A stretch of 64,000 nucleotides of DNA from assembly GCF_018350175.1 (NCBI RefSeq), contig NC_058368.1, positions 116,128,001-116,192,000 of the forward strand, given 5' to 3'. The DNA is from Felis catus. Taxonomy: Eukaryota. Below, piece by piece: positions 24,201 through 36,224 of the stretch. The notes beneath the pieces are model-generated. The model was not told where the DNA came from. It did no database searches and was given only the letters and a program-made list of their open reading frames with translations. Within the stretch, counting starts at the first letter, position 1. Every line of letters begins with the position of its first letter. The position numbers were made by a program, and so were the translations under genes.

Positions 24201-25090
24201 CCTCACTACTGACCTGGAGTATTGTAGCTACTATGCCAGGCTCCAAGGAGAGGACTGGCCAAGAGAGAAGGCATAAAAATAGGTAAACAAAAATAGAACT
24301 GAAAGAAGATTGCCGAAGGACCAACTTAATTTCTAAGATTCATTAACTTTGAAAAAGTTTAAAATCCTCACTGCTTATAAATGAGTTTTGCGGTGGCTGC
24401 GGTTTTGAGATTTTCCTACAAGTGGCCACAGATCCTCTGAGGCCAAGGCTGACCATCAGCCATCTTAAGTATGTGCTTACAGGAAGAGAGGGTGATGTCG
24501 GCTACAAGTCTGCTGACTGGTAAAGGGTGGTTGGGGTCCTTCAAGACCTGTGAGTTTGTTTAGCATGCAAATTTCTTAATAGAGCACTGAGCCCTGACAG
24601 GGCTCAGATTTCCAACCCCATTCTGAGAAAATCCCTCACACTTGACCAGGTCTTTACCCCTGCCTCCTCCTGCTCTGTGTGAAAGTTAAGAGGCTGGGGG
24701 ACATTCTGATAGCACTGCCCAGGTTTGAGAGATGAGGATTCTGGGTTATTCTTTTAAGGCCTGCAGTTCCTTTTTAGGTGATTTTTTGGGGAAATGGCAT
24801 AGCCATATCTTAGGCACAGGACATAGTGCTGCCTGGTTTATAAACCGAGCAGGGTGAGCCAACTCTGGCTGGACAGTAATGGACACTTCTTATTGCTCTG
24901 GCTGCCTTGCTGTGAGGCCACTTTGTTGGTTCCCTAGTACCTGTCCCTACGGGGATAAAAGTCTTTATGAAGAGGAGACAAAGTAGCTGAGGAACTAAGC
25001 CACCCTTCCTCCAGTCATCTGGTCTGGTCAGCACTGGCTCTGTAGGGCTTGTGCCAGTTCAGTCTCACCCTCTCTCTACTTCCCCTCCAG

Positions 25091-25197
25091 TGTATGTGGT
25101 GGAAGACCAAAGACGGGATGACCTGGGCCCATCCACCTGCCTCACAGCCTGCTGGACTGCACTCTGTTGCTGCTGTCTCTGGGACATGCTCACTTGA
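25091..25197 (+). CDS. CYSTM1: Canonical last coding exon of cysteine-rich and transmembrane domain-containing protein 1: (V)YVVEDQRRDDLGPSTCLTACWTALCCCCLWDMLT*
   Basis: Pyrimidine tract + CAG at 25088-25090; translation matches the recalled mammalian CYSTM1 C-terminus; stop TGA 25195-25197; tail-to-tail synteny with PFDN1. Upstream exons lie left of the window. Confidence 0.96.
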
Positions 25198-25590
25198 CCT
25201 GACCAGCCCTCCGGTCCTGCCAGCTCTGCCACCGCCTTCAACAGGTGTGCCTGCCCCATCTCTTCTGATTGCTGAAATAAATGAAAATGACTAGCTCTGC
25301 ACAGACATTTCTACCTTCAACACAGTGGGATTCTAGATTATTAGCAGGGGTTGCACTGCTGTTTAATTCAGTGACTTTATCTTTTTAATGTTCAAAATGC
25401 ATTTCTTATTGGCCTTTCACAAATGTGCTAAATGACTTTTATTTTTTTGGCCAAAGGCTTAGTTATAAAATATATATTTATAATTTTAAAATTATACATT
25501 CAAGGTAGTGACATGATGTAATCACACTGAATGATTTCTCTGCTGACACCCTGTATGTTTCAATAAATTGGTCTAAACCTCAACCATCTG
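25198..25590 (+). other. CYSTM1: CYSTM1 3'UTR of the canonical exon (3' end approximate)
   Basis: AT-rich tract 25370-25500; AATAAA at 25276-25281 and 25562-25567. Confidence 0.7.
25562..25567 (+). terminator. Probable main poly(A) signal of CYSTM1
   Basis: AATAAA with an upstream TGTA (25552-25555) at the end of the AT-rich UTR. Confidence 0.65.
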
Positions 25591-25982
25591 AATTATTCCA
25601 GACAGGATACAAGCCCTGGGTTTGTACCCCAGGAGGGGTCTATTTGCCTTTTTATTCCACTGTGGGTAGGTGCTATTAGGAAGACAGGTTCTCACCAGGC
25701 TAGCATTTTCTCCCTGGTCCTGCTCAAGAGATAAGCTCACCAAACTGTTATGTGCTTGTACCCAGAGCCTAGGAAAAGGACCTCTCGGTAACTATGGGCT
25801 GCTCCATAGGCCTTCTTTTCTGCTGTCACACGCCTCCCTCTACACCCACACCCACATCCATCTCAGCTTTGGCCACAGGGTGGCGCTGAGCCGCCATAAC
25901 AGCAAGTCAATATCCGTCAGCTGGCCCTGAGAGGCTACAGCTGACAGATCTCGGCCTGCCCACCTGCACTCTGAAGCAGTGG

Positions 25983-26322
25983 CAGTGAGGTGCTCATAAA
26001 TATTTAACTACCAGTTGTCTTTAAAACCATATTTTGTCCATCACCTGATTACTGTGGAGTAAATGATCCCACAATAGCTGATTTCAAGCTACCAACTTGA
26101 TGTAGAGTTGGGAAGAAAAGCGCAGGAATACACCAATTTCCATCATCCAGCTGCGATAGACTGTTAACCTCAGAAACAGATAATGGCCAGATTTAGTAAT
26201 TAGGAAGGGACAAGTCTGAATATTTATTACCCTTGTTTTAAATAGGATTACATATTTACATAACTTGATTTTTAATAATTGGCTCTCCAGAGCCAGTACA
26301 AGCCAGCTCCAGCACACCACTG
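25983..26322 (-). mobile_element. hAT DNA transposon relic, MER63-like
   Basis: Inverted termini cagtgaggtgct / agcacaccactg; minus strand begins cagtggtgtgctggagctggcttgtactggctc, like the recalled MER63 consensus. Confidence 0.65.
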
Positions 26323-26683
26323 CCCCTAAGCCTCTAGGAGGCCTTAGGATTGTACTGTCCACCGGAAGACAGCCTGACTGCATTTTCGTATGGAACATGT
26401 GGGAGGAAACAGGGAAGGAATCTTTAGGCAGAATGCCACCAAGGTTCACTTAAATTCAGTTATACCCTGGTCTCCCTTCTTCCTGATCTGCATGGAAGCT
26501 CAGAAGTAGGATTTACTCAAAGGAACAGAAAGGAAAAAAAAGAACCAGGAAAGGCTTCAATGCGAAAGGAACAGAGCCAATGCTCTGGAGGGGGACAGGT
26601 CAGGGAGGAGCCGAGGTTGAAAGCCTCTGGCCCTCAGTTCTCAAGAAAGGCAGACTTAGAGTGGGTGGGGGGAACAGATGCCT

Positions 26684-26689
26684 TTTATT
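26684..26689 (-). terminator. Candidate PFDN1 poly(A) signal
   Basis: AATAAA on the minus strand ~285 nt after the stop; a second candidate lies at 25651-25656. Confidence 0.55.
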
Positions 26690-26973
26690 GGTCTAACCAG
26701 TGTAACTAGTAGGTTTGGGCAGAGCTCCCCTATCTGTCCTGGCCCCCATCTTTCCTGGGTGTTCGTGACTCACCCCAGGGGAGAAGAATGTCGGGCAGGG
26801 GTGGCAGGCAGAGCCAGGATCGAAAAGGGGATCAGGGTGAAGTAGAAAACACAGGGTTACCAGATCACTCAAATACAAAGTCCATCAGGGCAGAAGAGAG
26901 GATGTTTCCCCACATGGGCCCCTCTGCCCTTGCCAGGAGTAGAAGGGGGCAGGAAGCTTTCACTAGAGGTTTC

Positions 26974-27057
26974 CTACTGTGCCCTTCGTGCCATCAGCAT
27001 CTCCCGGATGTTGTCCTCAGCTTCCTTCACACTCCGCTCCAGGTAGGATTTTTTCTG
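26974..27057 (-). CDS. PFDN1: Prefoldin subunit 1, last coding exon: QKKSYLERSVKEAEDNIREMLMARRAQ*
   Basis: Translation matches the recalled PFDN1 C-terminus; acceptor ttctttgtcatactgcag on the minus strand; TAG stop at 26976-26974; phase 0, matching the upstream exon. Confidence 0.96.
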   Translation of the reverse strand, partial: QKKSYLERSVKEAEDNIREMLMARRAQ

Positions 27058-29089
27058 CTGCAGTATGACAAAGAAACCAGGGTTAGGGGGTATGGGCCAG
27101 GCTGGCAGACGCAGCTTTTCTGCCCAATGGTAATGGCTTCTCCTCTGTGAACAGTGACTTCCACTAGCATGTTGTCTCCTGGGGGCCTGGTACAAACACA
27201 CCTGCCCAGAGTGCTCCCCTCATCCCGCCCACAGACATGAGGGAGGGAGGGGCAAGTTATTTGGTGCAGGAAGCAGAAATGCTCAGTGGAAGGCAGCTGC
27301 ACTCTTCCCCCAGAAGGAAGTGAACTCAAAACAGGCGTCTCAGTACATGAAGTTATACCAGACAGACAAAGGCCAGGAAATTCCAGGACAAAGCTCCGGC
27401 CGCATAACAGACGGTCTCTCAAGGTTTTCCATAGCCCAGGCCAGGCGCCTGTAGCTGCCACTGCTGCAGAATGGACTGGGCACCCTCCGTTCTGTCCAGT
27501 CAGAGGGCAGGCTGCACGAGTGCTAAGAAGTTGTATCACACGTCTCATCGAGGCAGATGAGTCAGGATGAAATCTGCTTTTCTAATGAAACCGCTGCCTG
27601 CCAGGAATCCAGGACAGTGACACACTGAGTAAAACAGACCTTTTGGACGTTCACCTCCCTACCCCATCTGGGTCCTAAATTAAAAATCTCAACTTAGACA
27701 AAGAACTTAAACTACTTTCAGGAGCCACATCTGGGCCAGGATTACAAAAGATTAGTCAAAGGAAATGATGTCTGTACATTATTTGCCCTGTGGTCACCCA
27801 AAAAATATGGTGGCTTCGCCACTGGTCCCTCCCCTGGGGACATACTTGTGGTTGCATTCTCACTTGACATGAAATGAGGCTCCCTTTTTCAGAAATACTC
27901 AAAATAATCCCCTAAGGGTGCATGTGACTAAGCCACATTGGAGTCAGTAATGCAAAGCCCTGACCCAGACAGCTTAGATGCATCCAGTGCCCTTCTCTCA
28001 TTCACCCCTACACCCTAGCAGCTGTGGATTCACTTTGACCATTCAAGTGCCCATATGACCTGGGAAAGACTGAGCCAGGGAACGAGTGAGCAGCCTGGCC
28101 TGACAGGCCTTCTTTGGGAACTGATACCCAACCAAACCACCGAGGCAGGAAAATCAAAATGAAGGCCTCTGGGGCTTGAGGCCTTCACCATTATAATCTC
28201 TGATGCCCCTCTACATATCCTTCTAACTTCTCCCACTCTCTGTCCAGATATTTATTAAATGCAACAGGGGACTTTTTCCTATAGGTTCCAATGCTGTGGC
28301 ATCTTTATCAGTTCTTATCTGAGCCTCTAATTCCCGTCTGGCTTCTCCTAACTTGAAATCTCCTGAAGGCTAGAAAGAGCCATATCTCTCTACTCCTCTC
28401 TCATTTGTCCAACTTGCACACCATTCATTCCTTACCAAACAACAGGAGCTCCATAAAACTCACAGTGGCCACAGATGTATGCTGGTGCTAAGGAATTTAT
28501 TATCAGTGTGATATCAGAATGGGAACTCAAAGTTCCTTTGATAAACAATCCCTAGACTTTACATGTGGTGACTTAAAGAGGGAAATACTAATAACTCCTG
28601 ACACACCACTGAAGAATGTACACGTACTGGGTGTTGCACAGAAGGGGAGCAGGAGCTAAATAGTGAGGGCCATGTACCATCTGGGCACCTTCCCAGCCCT
28701 GTGGAAATCTAAGGAAAAGGCCAGTGGGGGAAGCGGGGTTGTGCTCCCACAGCATCAGCTGATGCCCAGGGACCCATCAGGTCTGCTGCATTCTATCTCC
28801 GTCAACTCGCTGCCCAGCTGGCAAAACTAAACTTGGAACATCAGCCAGAACTTTTCTACCTACTGTACAGGCCTCTGGACAAATTCAGGTTAAAATTCTT
28901 ATCTTTAAAATTCATCATTCTATGTCTCTTCCTTCTACCACTTACAGTTCTATGATTTTTTTTTCAGGATTTTTACCACTTTATAACCTAAAGTCTTCAA
29001 GTTTCAAAAAAATAACGCAAAATAAACTTGTCTATGTTGAAATCTTTAATTACGTAAATAAACTTTTTGCACATTAAATTTTTTATTTC

Positions 29090-29249
29090 GGGGGCACCTG
29101 GGTGGCTCTATATGTTAAGTGTCTGACTCTTGGTTTCAGCTCAGTTCACGATCTCATGGCTCGTAGGATCAAGGCCCATGAGGATCCTACGGGATCCTGA
29201 TCCTAGGATCAGGATCGGGTTGTGCACTGACAGCAAGAGCCTGCTAGGG

Positions 29250-29296
<47 letters not shown>

Positions 29297-29372
29297 GCCC
29301 CTCCCCTGCTCATGCTCATGCTCGCTTGCTTGCTCTCTCAAAATAAAACTTATTTTAAGAATTTAAAAAATA
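29090..29372 (+). mobile_element. CanSINE with an internal palindromic insertion
   Basis: SINE head, (CT)n and tail; flanking repeat tttttatttc. Confidence 0.88.
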
Positions 29373-29519
29373 AATACAATTTTTATTTCATCCTACCAGA
29401 TGGGTCATCCCTAACACAGAGAGAACTGTTTTCTAACTTTTTCAGTAGTTTCTGTCTCATCCTGAAAGATACCTAAGCCAAGAAGACCTTCACAATCAAA
29501 CCTGAATCAGAGTATGTGA

Positions 29520-30170
29520 TGTGTGTTGAATTCTGTCTCACAAAAAGATACATTAAAGCCCTAACCCCCAGGACCCATGGATGTGGCCTTATTTGGAAAT
29601 AGGGTCTTTGCAGGGGCAACCACATTAAAATGAGGTCATACTGAATTAGGGTGGGCCCTAAATCCAATAATTAGTGTCCTTATAAGGCCACATGAAGACA
29701 AAAGGGACACAGACCGAATGCCATTCCTTGATGGAGGCAGAAAGGGAAGGATGTATCTATAACCCAAGGAAGGCCAAGAAGGGTCGGCAACAGAAGCTAT
29801 GAAGAGGAAGGAAGGATTCTTCTCCAGAGGCTTCAGAAGGAGGGTGACCGCACACCACCTTGATTTTGGACTTCTAGCTTCCAGAACTTGTGAGAGAATA
29901 ATTTTCTATTGTTTTAAACCACCCAGTTTATGGGGCGCCTGGGTGGCTCAGTCAGTTAAGCCTGTGACTCTTAGTTTAGGCTCAGATCATGATCTCACGG
30001 TTTGTGGGTTCAGGCCCTGCACTGGGCTCTGTGCTGACAGTGCAGAGCCTGCTTTGAATTTGCTATCTGTTCCTCCCCACTCATGTGCACACTCACGATC
30101 TAAATAAATAAACTTTAAAAAATAAACCACCCAGTTTGTAGTAATTTGTGAAGAAGCCCCAGGAAACCAT
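29520..30170 (+). mobile_element. MaLR LTR (MLT1-type) with a CanSINE inserted at 29932-30122
   Basis: MLT1 motifs gccttatttggaaatagggtctttgca, gggtgggccctaaatccaat, ttggacttctagcttccagaac; SINE TSD taaaccacccagttt. Confidence 0.85.
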
Positions 30171-30449
30171 GAAATGAGGGATGTCCCAGAGAACAAGTCT
30201 ACCCAAAGTTCTTATGTACTCACACGTTCTGACCACACTGAATCATAGAGGCCTGGGCAAGAATTTCTAAAAGTATGTCGGGACCTGTACTTCTCCCAAA
30301 AAAATTGTGGTAGAAATGACCCAAATAAAAATGAGACAGAAAGGACGCAAAACCTTAAGGAAACTGATTAAGTCAAAAATTTTTCTTTCTTAAATTTCTA
30401 CACCTTCTTCCTAAAACTCACCAAACCAGAAATTTTGTGGACCCCAGTC

Positions 30450-31335
30450 TCCCCCACTTCTATAGATGACAACTCCATTCTTGCAAATGCTCAAAACCTT
30501 TGGTGTCACCTTTGAGTCTTCCTTCTTTCACATCTGACATCAACCAACAAATCCTATGAGCACTATCTCAAAATGTATCCATAATCTGACCTTAATAAAT
30601 AACCTCCTAAGTGGTCTCCCAAGTTGATTTTGAGAGAGAGAGAGTGCGCACGACCATACACGCGTGAGCAGGGAAGGGAAGGGGGGATGTGCAGATCTTA
30701 AGCAGACTCCACGCTCAGCTCGGAGCCCAGTGTGGGGTCCGATCTCATAAACCACAAGATCATGACCTAAACCTAAATCAAGAGTTAACTATGCCCCCCT
30801 TCTGCCTTCTGATCCTCTTCAGTTTCTTCACACAGTGCTGAGTCCTCTTTTAATGCTCCAATGGCATCCTATTTCAAAGTAGAAGGCAAAGCCCTTTTGA
30901 AAAGCCATGTTTAGACTTGTTCTCAGCAGACTCTGACCTCAACTCCCTCTCACCCACTCAGCTCCAACAACACTGGCCTCCACCTCCGACTACGCACTGC
31001 CCCTCCAACCCACCACCATGCTCCTGCTTGGCGTTTGCCCTTTGGCTCCGTTAGGAACACTCTTCCCCAAATATCCACAGCACTTGCTCACTTACTTCCT
31101 TCAGCCCTTTCTCAAATGCTTCTTGCTGTGATTACACAGCAGCTCCACGCTCCCTATTCTCACCCTGATTTGCATGCATAGCCTGTTACCACTGGAAGAA
31201 GCAGTATTTGTGGGTCTTCCCTTACAAGAAAGGAATGTCCATGATCATGGGCAAGACTCTGTTCTGTTCACTGCTATAATCCCAGTGTCTAGAAAAATGG
31301 CTGCTACAAGACAGGAACTCAATACTTGTTGAAAA
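30450..31335 (+). mobile_element. L2 relic with a nested antisense CanSINE (~30625-30800)
   Basis: Pyrimidine-rich L2 3' motifs ending ctcaatacttgttgaa. Confidence 0.7.
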
Positions 31336-33862
31336 AAGTACATTTATTATCGGAAATGAGTACTTACTGATTTACTTCTATACACACTGCTGCTTTGTAG
31401 TTCTCCCTCACAACTTGGAATGAGGATCACCAACAGAGCAAGCAAAGGTAAAAACTGACCATCTCCTTCAAGATGGTTTTCAGTTTGGGGCACTGCCTTC
31501 TAACTTCTGCCCCTAGGTATACATAGGTCTAAAACTCAACCCTCCCTGATGTCCATGGGAAAATCAAAGGCTTGGCTTCCATAAACAGAACAGGTCCTAA
31601 GGTTCAGGCCCCTTGATCAAACCAACCTGTGAAACTGTGAAACAAGCTATCCCAATTTCCCATGTCCTGGAGTTGGAAATCCTTGAGAAAATGCTCTGAG
31701 ACTGGCCTGGGCTGCCAGGAGCTCCAGGGAAATTATGACTGCTGTGTAAACTTCCGGAGGCCTTTTAAACCCACACCTTCCAGCAGGAGTCCCAGGAACG
31801 CATCTGCTGCAGCATTTTTGTGTGTTGCTGAGCAATCTCCCTCAGAACCTTTACCCTAGGAAACTCTCTAGTGGAATCAAACCACAGAGCCCTGGATGCA
31901 GCGACATTCTTGTGGGCCTTGTTCTGGAGTGAAATTCTGAGATTTCCTGTGGGGCTCAGCATGGCCAGGGAAATGACACTGCTTGAGGTACTACTCATCA
32001 GCCTGAGGCTCTCCTTTCTGGGAGTCAGGCTGAGGGGCTAGTGTTCTAGTCACATCCTCCCATGAAAGAAAGAGGCTCAAGTCTCTAGAACTTTTCTGAC
32101 CTCACAGAATCTCTCAGAGAGACTCCTGAAGTAATTCAACTTCTGATGCTTTATACTTTTTTCCTCAGAACTTTTGTCGTCCCCCGCCCCCCGCTTTCTC
32201 TAATATTTTTCCTATTTGTCATTTCTTAGGGCATAGAAAGTAGTTTTCCCCTCTCATCCTCCATTTCCCCATTTGTAAAATGATTTGGACAGTATCAGTA
32301 TCTGCACTCCCCCATTATTCTTTAGTCACAAAACGTTTTCTTCAAATGACCTCTTAAGACAAAACAACACAGGTAAAACAGAATGGGGGGTTATGGTGGA
32401 TAAAAGCAGACCTTCTAGCTTGTCCCCAGACTCCAATCCAGTACAGGATCAGTAGAAAGGGCCATCTTGATTCCCCCCTCGCACCCCTGATGTTCTAGGG
32501 AATCTGTGTTCAGAGACCTTCTGCTCTGAATCCCATGTTTCAGATCCTGAATTTGACCTACCCTGGCCAAACACTTCTCCCTTATGTTGAATCCATAGCT
32601 TCCAGCTTGTGCAGACCATTGCTAACTTCAAGCTCTACTGTTAATCTAAAAGGGTGAAGCAAAGGCTACCTTCTCACTGTTGTTCCCATGACTTCCAAAT
32701 TAAAAACCCAGAGCCTCACTGATTCTCATGTTCTATCAGTGTGCAGAACTCTAAAACAGCCAGAGGGTACCAGCTGCCCACACAGGGGAAGTTTAGCAAG
32801 AGGCCAAAAATTCACCAAAGACTGAGAAGGCATGTCTTAGCAGATGGGAGAGTACGCTGTGATGAAGGCAGAAAAACAAAAGGAGGAAGAGAAAATAAGA
32901 AAGGCAACGTGGAGGCACAATCAGAGAAGTCAGGAAGGGAATTGAGACAGAGACAGATGGGCAGGGCTACAGCAAGCAGAAGCAGGGCAGAGCTCTGAAA
33001 GTGCAAGTGAATGGTAAAGAGCACTCACCAGAAGCAGGCCAGACAGGCCAAGTCTGACCGGCAACCGAAAGCTAAGAGACAACTAACTGATCCACAGACA
33101 CGAGTCTATTTGTGAACTCATGAGGGGCATCTACTTTACCATCAAGGACACAACTAGGCTACAAGGGACCTTCTGAACGAGAACATAAGGCTGGGAGACC
33201 AGCTCAAAGATGAGAAAGTAATTGTAGGCATGGAGCAGAATATAAGAGAAATCTAAGAAACAGTCACTGTCTCTGTGTCTTTTAGAAACAACTTTCAAAA
33301 CCTCTTTCAAAGGTTCCTCTGCTAAAAGACTTGTTTCAGCTGAGCACTGACCTTGTTTTTCTCCCAGGTGTTCTCTTAACCTGCAAAGAGACTCTGACAC
33401 TGCTACTGAACAGGGTCAGACTCCCAAATCCTACCTGTAATCACATGCTCAATCTGCCCAAGTCAAACCTCTACGTTACTCAACACCTTATGGCAGAAAT
33501 ACAATGGGGGTGGGAGTAAGGTTTATTCTTTCCTTCAAACAACAGTGGTTGGCCCCTAGGTCTCCCTGGAGTTTGGGTGATCTCTACCAGTGTTGCCCTC
33601 CCTAACACATCAGCTTCAATTAAGTCCCAGAAAAAGCCAAGCTCATCAGACAACCCAGGAAAGAAAGTAGAAACTCCTAGGTAAACAGAGCCAGGGGGCA
33701 ACTATTCCAGTGCACATGGTGCTGATGAGGCCACATTCAAAGAATCATTACATTTTGGGGCATCAGACTTAAAAGGGACGAGACATGCCAGTAAATCATG
33801 TCAAGTGGCTCAGAAAAGATTAAGAGGAGAAAGAACCTGCCCATGGCCTTAAACATCTAAAG

Positions 33863-34053
33863 CAATGGCTCTTAAAATGTGGTCCCTGGAATTTTTCCAG
33901 CATCAGCAACTCCTGAGAACCTGTTAGAAATGCACAATCTCAGGCCCCACCCGAGACCCACTGAATCAGAAATTCTAGGGATGGAGCCCAGCAATCTGTG
34001 TTTTCACTGCTCTCCAGGTGATTCTGAGGCACTTTGAAGTTTGAGAACCACTG
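33863..34053 (+). mobile_element. MER5A-like hAT-Charlie MITE
   Basis: Follows the recalled MER5A consensus (gttagaaatgca, ctgaatcagaa, ccagcaatctgtgtttt, ctccaggtgattctga, gtttgagaaccactg). Confidence 0.88.
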
Positions 34054-34059
34054 TTCCAA

Positions 34060-34273
34060 AGTGAGTCAGCAGAGGGCCAAAGATACAGTATCTCAGGCTC
34101 TGTGAGGATGTTTCTGTCACAACCACTCAACTCTGCCGTCACAGCATAAAAGCTGCCACAGACGATGTGTATACTAAGGAGTGCACCGAAAATGAACGAT
34201 AGCTGTGTTCTAAACACACAAACACAAGCAGCAACATGGGTCTAGCTAGCCAGGCTATAGTCTGTCAACTCTG
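34060..34273 (+). mobile_element. MER58A-like hAT-Charlie MITE
   Basis: actcaactctgccgtc, agctgccacagac and gctgtgttc motifs; directly follows MER5A. Confidence 0.75.
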
Positions 34274-34369
34274 TTCTTAAAAAATAGTCTTAACTGAATC
34301 CAGCAGGTAGAGATTTCAGAGATTTTTAACTTTCAAGAAAAGCTGATAAAAGCCCAAATGTCCAACCAT

Positions 34370-35760
34370 CCATCCTTCTGATTCATTCATTCACTCATTC
34401 AACCCAATGCCAAACCCTATCTCTTTTTTCCTCCCAAACTCTGGTCCTTGAAATTTGTGGCAGCATGCCTTACCATCCTCCCGTAACTCCTTGTTGCCGG
34501 AGTCTACAAGATACTGGGAACTGTCCCTCATTCGCTGATGGCTCACAGTCTTCCCATCCACCACTGCTGCACCACTCAAAGTGACTCCAACAAAAATGTA
34601 GATGATCCATTCAATACCATGCTCTCCCCTGTCCTCACAGTCTTTACTTCACCCCACCTCAGCCACCCACCCCACAGTCATACGCTCGAGACCATGTCAA
34701 CACCACTAACTGCGCCACCTCAAAATTTCGTTTTTACCACTGCTACTTCATATTTTTCCAAGTCACTCTGATAACTCTCAACTCTGGCATGTCTTCAACC
34801 TCATCCCGATGACAAGGTTTTCATTACATATTATGCTTCCATGGCCTTTTCCCTCTTAGCTAAGCTTCCACAGTGCACCATTTATATTTAACCCCTTATA
34901 AATACTTTTTCTCCTCCGCTCTGCTCTCCCTCTGTTGCACTTGCCTGGCAAAATGCCAGCCCGAGTTAAACCCATCTGCCTACTCCACGCTTATACCTAA
35001 ATGCTGCTAGAGAAGAACACTTAAATGGGCTGGTTTCACTTTCAATTCAGGACCATGAATCTCAAATGGGCACAACACTGACCCAGTATTCTGTTAAACT
35101 AAGTTCACTTGTGTGCTCTCCAAAATAGCTACGCCACACTTTATTCTAGTTTCCTCAAATCTCCTATACTACCTCCTCCCTGCCCCCTCCTTTCCAAGTC
35201 ACTGAGAAAATACAAGCAATCTGAGGAGAATTCTCTCTTCTTCCCACTACCACATCTTCCACCTGACCCACACTGATACATATACTCTCTTCTTACCTGT
35301 TGTTAAAATGGATAGTGTCCCTGCTTCTGTCAAAACGCAACCCTTCCACTTGGGTGTTGGTTCCATCTCTACTCACCTCAAAACTTTCACCGCTGCAGTC
35401 AGCCTTTTTCCTCCTTTCTAATTTTCCATTTCCCTTTCTCTGAAAGATCTTTATTGTTGAGGCAAATCACTTTAATTTTTTTTTTAATGTGTATTTTTGA
35501 GAAAGAGCAGACGAGCAGGGGAGGAGCAGAAAGAGGGAGATAGAGAATCAGAAGCAGGCTCTGCGCTTTAGTGTCAAGCCGGACGTGGGGCTCAAACCCA
35601 CAAACCTACAAGATCATGGCCTGAGTCAGTCAGAAGCTTAACCAACTAACCCACCCAGTGGCAGATGATTTAAGACAAATCACTTTAAAAACCCTTTCTT
35701 GTCCTCACATTCCTTGTAGGTATTGTCCCCTTTCTTTCCTTCCCTTCTTAGCAAAATTTC
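34370..35760 (+). mobile_element. Degenerate L2 body with an antisense CanSINE (~35473-35657)
   Basis: C/T-rich L2-like motifs (cactgagaaaata..aagcaatc, aacccttccacttgg). Confidence 0.5.
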
Positions 35761-36224
35761 TTGAACCAATTGTTTTTAGTAGCTCCCCACTTTCTTACCT
35801 CCCATATGCTCCCCAGATATCTCCAATTATTATTGGGGTTATTTTTTATACAGCAGAGGAATCTGTTACAATCTTCTTGTAACTCTGTGACTCTGTGGGC
35901 CTAATACTCTACAAGTCTTCCAAATGAGCAAATAAAATATGTTTTACTATTTCAGTTTATCTTATTTTGCCCTAGTTTTACAAAACCAAGAGAATCCAAC
36001 TCACAGTGTTTACAGTGGAGTTTGGCCTGTAGGCATGATAAAGGGGTAGGTGGAAAAGGGTGCGCCCTCTCAGAGAGGAAGTAAGGGCAACTCCTTGCAT
36101 TCTTGGACGTGGAGGTGCACCTGACTCAACTGGGAGGGCAAGACTAGCAGTGAGATATGTGAGCAAACACCTGAAGTCACTTCAGCACTACTCTCTGCTC
36201 CAAGCAAATCAAGAATTTCAGTTT

